This document shows, one piece after another, positions 10,527 through 17,558 of a stretch of 64,000 nt of DNA. Position 1 is the stretch's first letter, and every line of letters starts with the position of its first letter. A program made the translations under genes and the position numbers. The stretch is from a virus, in IMG/VR virus record IMGVR_UViG_3300006751_000008, positions 2,363-66,362 of that record. One strand, given 5' to 3'. The notes under the pieces were generated by a model. That model ran no database searches. It was not told where the DNA came from and saw only the letters and a list, made by a program, of their open reading frames with translations.

Positions 10527-10562
10527 AGGGCCTAACCCCAAAGTTACAGAGGAGATCTTCTG

Positions 10563-11225
10563 ATGAATCAAGAGCTTTATGACCAACTGGTCAATGAAGG
10601 TATCTCTGAGGCCAAAGCCGAGCAGATCGCCAAGTCACACTTTTCGGGCACTCCCGAAGAGGTTGATGCGGAACGATTGACCAAGGCTCTTGAAGGCCTT
10701 CGGGAAACCATGGAAACACCCGTAGACAACAACCCACAGGTTGACTTCTCAGCACCGCCCGTTGCGGACTCTGATGATGTCATCGGTGCTATCACGAAAG
10801 GCGCAGATGCAATCTTGTTCCAAAACCGTGAGCACATCGAGCAACGTGCTTCCGCACAGGGCACCATTCTTGACCGACAAGACGCGCTTCTCAAAGGCGT
10901 TCTTGCACTAGGTGAGTCTGTTGCACGTATCGAAGAGCGTTTGGATGGTAAAATCGCCAAGGGTCTTAGCAATGTCGCTAACCAACTGGCGCAGCCTGCT
11001 GCACATCGTTCAGTACAGTCGGAACTTATCCCCACACCGGGCGATGTTTCGCGTACCCAGGACATGAGTCGTGCAGAGGTTATCTCCAAGGCTCTACACG
11101 AAATGGGCGGTACACAAGACTGGAGCCGTCGCGCTAGTCTTGGACAGGCCGTTTCTCTTCTCGAAAGTGGCGAAAATGTCGCTACTGTCGTGTCTAACTA
11201 TAATATCACCACAACGGCCAGCTAA
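10563..11225 (+). CDS. Capsid scaffolding protein
   Basis: Helical acidic 220 aa between protease and capsid; several [LI]xK[ASG] putative cleavage sites; AGGAG RBS. Confidence 0.7.
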   Translation: MNQELYDQLVNEGISEAKAEQIAKSHFSGTPEEVDAERLTKALEGLRETMETPVDNNPQVDFSAPPVADSDDVIGAITKGADAILFQNREHIEQRASAQGTILDRQDALLKGVLALGESVARIEERLDGKIAKGLSNVANQLAQPAAHRSVQSELIPTPGDVSRTQDMSRAEVISKALHEMGGTQDWSRRASLGQAVSLLESGENVATVVSNYNITTTAS

Positions 11226-11239
11226 GGAGGCTCTAAGCC

Positions 11240-12685
11240 ATGATCGACATTCCTCAGATCAACAGTATGGTGCCGGTCAGTGACCTGATGCAACTAAATG
11301 ACGCTTTGCGAAAAGCGGCAAATGTTGGATATCAGACTCCTGCTGGCATGAGTTCGGGGAGCGTTTCTCCCCTTGTACCCCAATCCATCGAGGGAACGCT
11401 TGCAAGCGCGACCTATACGATGAAGGAACTGGTTCTCTGGCCAGCACTTGCCAAGCGCAATGTCGGACAGACGGTCCACGAGTTCACTCGTATCGAAGAT
11501 CACGGTCTTGATTTGGACCCGTTTATCGCTGAAGGCGGTGGCGGAATTACCAATAAAAGCGTGTATTCTCGGGAGTTTGTGAAAGTCAAGTACCTTGCCG
11601 AACGTCGGGAAGTCAGCGATGTCGCGGCGATGGTAAATCCCATCATCGGGCCATCCCCCAACGTGCTCGCAGAGGAGACCACACGCGGTACTCTCCGTCT
11701 TCTTCAGAAGCTGGAGCGTGCTTTGTTCTATGCTGACAGCAGCCTGAATGACCAACAGTTTGATGGTCTTTTCAAGCAGCTTCAGACAGGTACTCCAGGC
11801 AACTTCTTCGACTTGAAGGGTGAAGGCCTTACGGTTGACTTCCTACAAGAGAAGTTGGGCGAGACTTACGGTGCTCCGAACTTCGGGCGCGTAGACACCA
11901 TTTATGTGGAGCCTCGCGTACACCAAGACCTGATTCGTCAGACTGTTTCTTACGGTCGTCACGATCAGCTTCAGGTGTCGGATGCGTCTAGTCTTACTTT
12001 CGGAACTCGTAACCTGTCTATCATGGCTCCTTACGGTCCTGTTAGCATCAAGGCTGCTCCGTTCCTTCATAAGGCACACGCAGTACCTTCAGCGGGTTCT
12101 GGTACCTCTGATGCCCCGGCTGCTCCGACGTTGAACTCGGCGGCGCATAACGGCGGTAACTCAGATACTTCGGCTTGGGCTGCTTCGGATGTAGGCGACT
12201 ACATTTGGTCGGTTGTTGCAGTAAACGACAAGGGCTTCTCTGCCCCTGCTGCTTCTAACCAACTTGGTGTATCTGCTGGACAGAAGATTGAGTTCTCAAT
12301 CAATGACCATGCTGTTACAACAAAGGCCGATCCCGATCCAGCAAACGCTGTGAAGTATTACCGTATTTATCGTTCCGATAAGAACGGTGCTGCAAACACC
12401 GGAAAGTTGATCAAGGAGATTCCTGTCAACGCAGACGGTGCGACTTTTGCTGGAAATGCTGGAACGCTTGTCGCAGACTTGAATGGTGATGTTCAGAGCA
12501 CATCCAATGTGTTGGCTCTGTCTCACGATCCAGGTGTTTGCGAAGTGGTACGGCTCTTGGATTTCATGCGTCGTCCGCTCGCGGAAGTTGCTACAACCAA
12601 GCCTTTCCTCTTGATGTTATTTTTGAGCCCGATTTTGAAGGTAAGTTCCAAGACTTTCGGGATAAAGAACGTAGGCATCGGTTAG
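11240..12685 (+). CDS. Major capsid protein (SPO1/Twort-like, with beta-sandwich insertion)
   Basis: LRKA..GY propeptide boundary, LERALFYADS..QFDGL, Fn3-like insert (WSVVAVNDKGFSAP, YYRIYRS), C-terminal IKNVG; AAGGAGG RBS. Confidence 0.92.
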   Translation: MIDIPQINSMVPVSDLMQLNDALRKAANVGYQTPAGMSSGSVSPLVPQSIEGTLASATYTMKELVLWPALAKRNVGQTVHEFTRIEDHGLDLDPFIAEGGGGITNKSVYSREFVKVKYLAERREVSDVAAMVNPIIGPSPNVLAEETTRGTLRLLQKLERALFYADSSLNDQQFDGLFKQLQTGTPGNFFDLKGEGLTVDFLQEKLGETYGAPNFGRVDTIYVEPRVHQDLIRQTVSYGRHDQLQVSDASSLTFGTRNLSIMAPYGPVSIKAAPFLHKAHAVPSAGSGTSDAPAAPTLNSAAHNGGNSDTSAWAASDVGDYIWSVVAVNDKGFSAPAASNQLGVSAGQKIEFSINDHAVTTKADPDPANAVKYYRIYRSDKNGAANTGKLIKEIPVNADGATFAGNAGTLVADLNGDVQSTSNVLALSHDPGVCEVVRLLDFMRRPLAEVATTKPFLLMLFLSPILKVSSKTFGIKNVGIG

Positions 12686-12690
12686 CAGTC

Positions 12691-12743
12691 AGGCGTTTTT
12701 TGAGCGAGGCCGATTTCACCCCGGCCTCGCTCAAAGCCTTTCT
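12691..12743 (+). terminator. Rho-independent terminator after capsid gene
   Basis: Stem tttgagcgaggccg (12699-12712) / cggcctcgctcaaa (12722-12735), 9-nt loop, short T-rich tail. Confidence 0.75.
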
Positions 12744-12799
12744 AAAGTACCCAAAGTACCTATTAACTATGTGGTGATACAAACCTGGGAGAAGCGCAT

Positions 12800-13093
12800 A
12801 TGGCTTGGCACCACGATAACCTTAGAAACTGTTCATATTGCCTCGGCAATACGATGTTTGAAGTTGATGGAAAAGGACTCATGTCCCCTCAACCTTCTAA
12901 GGAAGACGTTGTGTCCCAGTGCCAGCAACATCCCCGGATTCTCTGGATTGAACCGGAGGCAAAGCCTGCGAAGAAAGTGCCTGCTGCCAAGGCGGTAGAG
13001 CCTGAGAAGAAGGCTGCGAAAAAACCTGCTGCAAAGAAAGCAGCTTCCAAGAAAACCCCGGCCAAGAAAGCCTCTTCTAAGAAGGCGAAATAA
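12800..13093 (+). CDS. Small protein with histone H1-like Lys/Ala/Pro C-terminal tail
   Basis: C-terminus KKAAKKPAAKKAASKKTPAKKASSKKAK; GGAG RBS. Confidence 0.75.
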   Translation: MAWHHDNLRNCSYCLGNTMFEVDGKGLMSPQPSKEDVVSQCQQHPRILWIEPEAKPAKKVPAAKAVEPEKKAAKKPAAKKAASKKTPAKKASSKKAK

Positions 13094-13104
13094 GGAGCAA
13101 AACC

Positions 13105-13569
13105 ATGGCTGATCCTTTCGGAACAAATATGACAAGCAGGGCAGCGTCTATCGCAGATGTGTCGGACCCAAACTTTGCAAGCACCAAACTAGCGCAACGT
13201 GTTCGCCAGCTACGCACAGACGTAGATGCTGTAAATGCGGACGCTGCTTCGACTACGGCTGTTCTTGCGGCTCTAGCGGCTGCTGACGGCGATATTGCCG
13301 TGAACAAGCAGAAGCTGACCAATGTCAATCAGATCATCGGACGTGCTGATGCCGATCTGATTATCAATACAGGGGCTTCTGCACGGTCTGTCAAGATTCA
13401 GGGTGACGGCGTAAATCTAGTCGTAGCCAATGAGGGCAAGTTGGGTTTCTTCAATGAAACTCCAGTTGCTCAACAAGGGGATTGCGGCGTTGGCGGCAAT
13501 GCCGCAGCAAACGCGGCTGCTATCGCTTTGGTCCGTACCTGTCTCCAAAACCTCGGTCTGATGGCGTAA
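13105..13569 (+). CDS. Putative head fibre/decoration protein
   Basis: Ala-rich; C-terminal KLGFFNETPVAQQ...LQNLGLMA trimer-like end; AAGGAG RBS. Confidence 0.55.
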   Translation: MADPFGTNMTSRAASIADVSDPNFASTKLAQRVRQLRTDVDAVNADAASTTAVLAALAAADGDIAVNKQKLTNVNQIIGRADADLIINTGASARSVKIQGDGVNLVVANEGKLGFFNETPVAQQGDCGVGGNAAANAAAIALVRTCLQNLGLMA

Positions 13570-13587
13570 TAACGTAGGGGGTAGTTC

Positions 13588-15048
13588 ATGGCGTCGATAT
13601 TCGACGAGCTAACCCCCGGCTGGCTGAAGGACCGCTTTCTTGTAGGCGTTGACCTCACACTAGATGATGGCACGGCTTACCCGGAAGCGGTCTTCACACA
13701 GGCCGTCGCTGGGGCTGTTCGATACATTGAGCACGAACTAGGTATCGTGCTCGACCCGGTGAAGGTCACGAGCGAGAAACACGACGCCTTTGAACTCAAT
13801 AGGTCGGGCTTCTGGCCGTTTCGCCTGGATATGCGTCCTGTGTGGACGGTTACGGGCTTTCGTATCAAATACGGTAGCTACGAACCTCTCTCCATACCTC
13901 TCTCTTGGATACACACGGTGTCTCCAATACATGGGCAGGTAAATCTTATTCCTTCGGAGGAATCGCTAGGAGGCTACCTGTACAGTTCCGGTATGCCGTT
14001 AATCCTCGGGGACGCTTTCCAACCCCTTATGTACGTTCCAGGCTACTTCGAGTTCGATTATACGGCAGGGTTTGCCACATTGAATGGCACAGCGACCTTT
14101 GCCGATGGGGTGGTAACAGCAACCGTTCCAGTTTCTCCGCAAGCACTCATGCCTAACTACGACGTTGAGTTGACTCTTGGGAGTCCTAATAACGGCGCAG
14201 CAGGACCAGTCGTAACCGAACGAACACGGGACAACTTCACGATCTCGCTAACGACTCCCCCCGAAGGCGGGAGCGCGTCCGTATCTTGGTCTTTGAGCGC
14301 AGTACCGGCGGACCTGAAGCAGGTTATCGGGCTGAAAGCTGCTGCTCTTCCTTTGGATATCGCGGGCGATCTCTTGGTTGGTGCGGGAATCGCTTCCACA
14401 AGTGTAGGCGCGGATGGGCTGCATATGTCCGTCAATACAACTTCTAGTGCAACCAACTGTCTACATGGTGATACCAAACTGCTTCTTTCTGATGGTACGA
14501 CAGACACGATAAAGAGCCTAACCGAACAGCACGGAAGAGACGGGACTGTCTCCGTGAAGTGTCTTGATGCGAACGGGGCAGAGACTACGGGCACAGCTAC
14601 CAACTTCCATGTGACAGGTAGCAGTGACAAGATGTACGACATCCTCTTGTCCAACAATATGCGGGTAGTGTGTACATACAACCATCCTTTCCGAATCGCT
14701 GCTTTCAATGCGAAAGACGGCACAGTCGTCCATAACTACTACAAGCACGCGGAAGAGCTTCAGGTAGGCGATGAACTCGCTACTGTTATGACTTCCAACG
14801 AAGGACTGCATCCCGACGATCCGCGTCGATATACGAACATCTATGTGAAGAAGATAGATCCCGCAATACCAGAAGACAGAGTGTACGATTGCACTGTAGC
14901 AACGCACCATAACTTTGCTCTGGATAGCGGTATTGTCGTTCACAACAGCGGATATGGTGCCCGCGTCTTGCAGTTTGAACGAGAACTAAAGGCACTGCTC
15001 CCAGCTTTGCGGGCTAAATACAAGTCTGTGAATATGGGAGTCATCTAA
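13588..15048 (+). CDS. Head-tail adaptor / head completion protein, intein-containing
   Basis: Position after capsid; IEHELGI, DYTAGF, PADLKQVIG, GAGIAS motifs; intein at aa 291-453. Confidence 0.8.
   Translation: MASIFDELTPGWLKDRFLVGVDLTLDDGTAYPEAVFTQAVAGAVRYIEHELGIVLDPVKVTSEKHDAFELNRSGFWPFRLDMRPVWTVTGFRIKYGSYEPLSIPLSWIHTVSPIHGQVNLIPSEESLGGYLYSSGMPLILGDAFQPLMYVPGYFEFDYTAGFATLNGTATFADGVVTATVPVSPQALMPNYDVELTLGSPNNGAAGPVVTERTRDNFTISLTTPPEGGSASVSWSLSAVPADLKQVIGLKAAALPLDIAGDLLVGAGIASTSVGADGLHMSVNTTSSATNCLHGDTKLLLSDGTTDTIKSLTEQHGRDGTVSVKCLDANGAETTGTATNFHVTGSSDKMYDILLSNNMRVVCTYNHPFRIAAFNAKDGTVVHNYYKHAEELQVGDELATVMTSNEGLHPDDPRRYTNIYVKKIDPAIPEDRVYDCTVATHHNFALDSGIVVHNSGYGARVLQFERELKALLPALRAKYKSVNMGVI
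14458..14946 (+). mobile_element. Mini-intein (Hint domain, 163 aa, no endonuclease)
   Basis: Block A CLHGDT, block B TYNHPF (TxxH), block F VYDCTV..HNF, block G VVHN followed by Ser(+1). Confidence 0.93.
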
Positions 15049-15899
15049 TGTCCCTTACCCTCACCTCTCGTGTACCGACAAAACTCAAACCGAGAGTGGA
15101 CTTCGATCCAGAGCAGTTTCGGAAGATGTTGTTCACTAAGGGGCTAAGGGTACGCTGGTCGATGGCTAGTGAGTGTCCGTGCAAACGAGAAGGAGAAAGC
15201 GACCTTGTGGCGACATCTCCATTGACAGATATCCTACGAGCTAACGCTTCTGCTAGGTCATCTACCGAAGAACCACGCCCGGACTGCGCTACCTGTAACG
15301 GAAACGGGTATTTCTACCATTCTACGCAAGACATATACGCCCTTGTGACGAGAGGCTTAGAAAACCCGCAGCAGTTTGCTGCCTACGGCGATTATGCCAA
15401 GGGTATGGCGTCCTTCACGTTTCTTCCAGAACACACACCTAGCGGGTTCGATAAGCTGGTCCTATTGGACAGCACCATCGTGTTTCGAGAGACCCGGCGT
15501 AAGACAGCCGATAGTACGCAGGCTATGCGGTATCCGATAGCAACAAAGAGCGTAGACCTTGCCTCAGGAAAGGCTAGTGTGGATGTACTTCACGTAGAGA
15601 AGGCTGTGATATCGGGAGATAGCCACACCACAAGTTCTTTGGTAAAAAACACAGACTACGCGGTGACGGCGGATGGAAAGATTGATTGGGCTCTTGGTGT
15701 AGCTGCTGGTACAGCACCTAGTACCGGAACTTTCTTCTCAGTTAGTTACTTCGCACACCCACATTTTGTGGTCGTAGACATTCCGCACTCATTTCGAGAT
15801 ACAATAGTGGCCACTAAGTTGCCTGCTCCGGTATTTTATCAGTTACCGACGCAAGCAACGGCACAACTGGACTTTTTGAACAGCCTGACTGGAGAATAG
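15048..15899 (+). CDS. Head closure / neck protein
   Basis: CPC...PDCATCNGNG Cys pattern seen in SPO1-like neck proteins; synteny. Confidence 0.7.
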   Translation: MSLTLTSRVPTKLKPRVDFDPEQFRKMLFTKGLRVRWSMASECPCKREGESDLVATSPLTDILRANASARSSTEEPRPDCATCNGNGYFYHSTQDIYALVTRGLENPQQFAAYGDYAKGMASFTFLPEHTPSGFDKLVLLDSTIVFRETRRKTADSTQAMRYPIATKSVDLASGKASVDVLHVEKAVISGDSHTTSSLVKNTDYAVTADGKIDWALGVAAGTAPSTGTFFSVSYFAHPHFVVVDIPHSFRDTIVATKLPAPVFYQLPTQATAQLDFLNSLTGE

Positions 15900-15900
15900 A

Positions 15901-16743
15901 TTGCCGGGACGGACGCCAACAGATTTGAGTTTAGAGGACTTTGGGCTAGATCCAAGACAGGCTCGGTCCAAGATGGCGACGATTGCAGACGTTATCTTGA
16001 GCGAGTGGACTGCGGAAGCTACCAAACGGACAAGTCTGTCTTCTGCATATATCAAGTCCTTGCAGAAACATTCTGACAGCAAGGTTGCTCGTGTTCTTCT
16101 TCCGGGCGGTGGTGCTCGTAGCGGGGAAGCTGCGAAGGCTGCGATGCTGGCTCGAATGGTCGAGTTCGGTATGGGTCCAGGCGGTATCGGTACAGAAGGT
16201 GCCTATGATGTCCGTAAGTTCCTTCTCGGAGGTGGCGGCAAGGGAAAGAAGCACACAGGAAAGAACGGCATCTATGTGAATGTACCGTTCAAGCACTCTG
16301 CTGAGTCTATTGAGGCAGGCGGTGGAGAGCAGATCAGGAAGATTGTCGAGAACAAGAGCTTCGGACACAGCATAAATGTCGCTCCGAATGTCACCCAGTG
16401 GGGTAGGCGGGACGACAAGGAAAAGTCCAGAGCCTCCTTGACAGGAAAAGAAACAGCACACGTCAATCGTATTGTAAAAGGCAACAAGCAAGCGAAGGAC
16501 GTAGTAGGAAAGACATACACGCGGTACGCGCACAAGACTAACCCTTTGCAGGGTCTTGTGAAGATGGGTACAACCCATAGTTCTGCATCGGGGAAAAAGA
16601 CCAAAACCTCTGGATATATGACTTTCAGACGTGCCAGTTGGGCTGGAGATCCTTGGATGCACCCCGGCATAAAAGCGCGACACATAGCAAATATCATTAG
16701 GAAGAACCTTCCTAAGATCTTGCGGGAGCAGGGTTTGCTATGA
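15901..16743 (+). CDS. Neck / tail completion protein
   Basis: Basic 280 aa with YMTFRR and WMHPG motifs; synteny; TTG start uncertain. Confidence 0.65.
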   Translation: MPGRTPTDLSLEDFGLDPRQARSKMATIADVILSEWTAEATKRTSLSSAYIKSLQKHSDSKVARVLLPGGGARSGEAAKAAMLARMVEFGMGPGGIGTEGAYDVRKFLLGGGGKGKKHTGKNGIYVNVPFKHSAESIEAGGGEQIRKIVENKSFGHSINVAPNVTQWGRRDDKEKSRASLTGKETAHVNRIVKGNKQAKDVVGKTYTRYAHKTNPLQGLVKMGTTHSSASGKKTKTSGYMTFRRASWAGDPWMHPGIKARHIANIIRKNLPKILREQGLL

Positions 16744-17528
16744 GTGGTATCTTTGACCTACATACGACGCTTGCTCTACAGAATGGGTGGGAATGGTACA
16801 GGACTAACCAAGCGGGCTTTAGAAGCCTGTTTATGGGCCTTAGGGACGATGTTCTGAACGACTGGCACTCTGAGCTAGTAGCAAAGCCTCCTGTGTTCAG
16901 GACGCACGCTGCTGCCGGTGTGGGTGATTTTCCCGCCGTTATCGTGCAGCTTATGAACGAATCCCGGCTAGAAGAGCCTCTTGGTGGGTTTAGTCGTTCC
17001 TCCACAGGGATACCTATTTTCACCTCTGTTATCGAGCAGCGTATCAAGATCTCTATGTTGTCGAACAACGCTGAGATTACTCGTGCGCTCCACGTAGTCA
17101 CCAGAGCAATAATGTTCGGGTCGCTTCATCGGTTTGTGGACCAAGGTTATATGGACCTCCAATACCTTGAAGCAGAAGAACTTGCCCCAGCAGAAGAACT
17201 TGTTGCCGAAGAGATGGGTATATTCCTTCGTCGGCAAGTGTGGAAGTCTACAGCGACGGTGGATTCTCCATCGTTTGAACAAATACCGCAAGAGAAGGCG
17301 TGGTTCGTTCAGGCAGAAGATATTGTAACGCAACCCACTACGGGAAGCGCATACGACGCGACTACGAAAACAGGGGACTGGCAACCCGCACCAATCGACC
17401 CCTCTTTGATCAATCCAGCAACAAACGAACCTTATCCGCCACAGAGAAAACCTGCGGACGAGGAGTATGGTAATCCTCCGTTTGACGGTGTTACCGGCGA
17501 TGCCGGTGGCGTAAAGCCCAAGACATGA
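16740..17528 (+). CDS. Tail terminator / completion protein
   Basis: Immediately upstream of sheath; FPAVIVQL...E.PLG pattern. Confidence 0.6.
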   Translation: MSGIFDLHTTLALQNGWEWYRTNQAGFRSLFMGLRDDVLNDWHSELVAKPPVFRTHAAAGVGDFPAVIVQLMNESRLEEPLGGFSRSSTGIPIFTSVIEQRIKISMLSNNAEITRALHVVTRAIMFGSLHRFVDQGYMDLQYLEAEELAPAEELVAEEMGIFLRRQVWKSTATVDSPSFEQIPQEKAWFVQAEDIVTQPTTGSAYDATTKTGDWQPAPIDPSLINPATNEPYPPQRKPADEEYGNPPFDGVTGDAGGVKPKT

Positions 17529-17558
17529 GGATGAGAACGAAAATGAAGGAGTTTTCTA

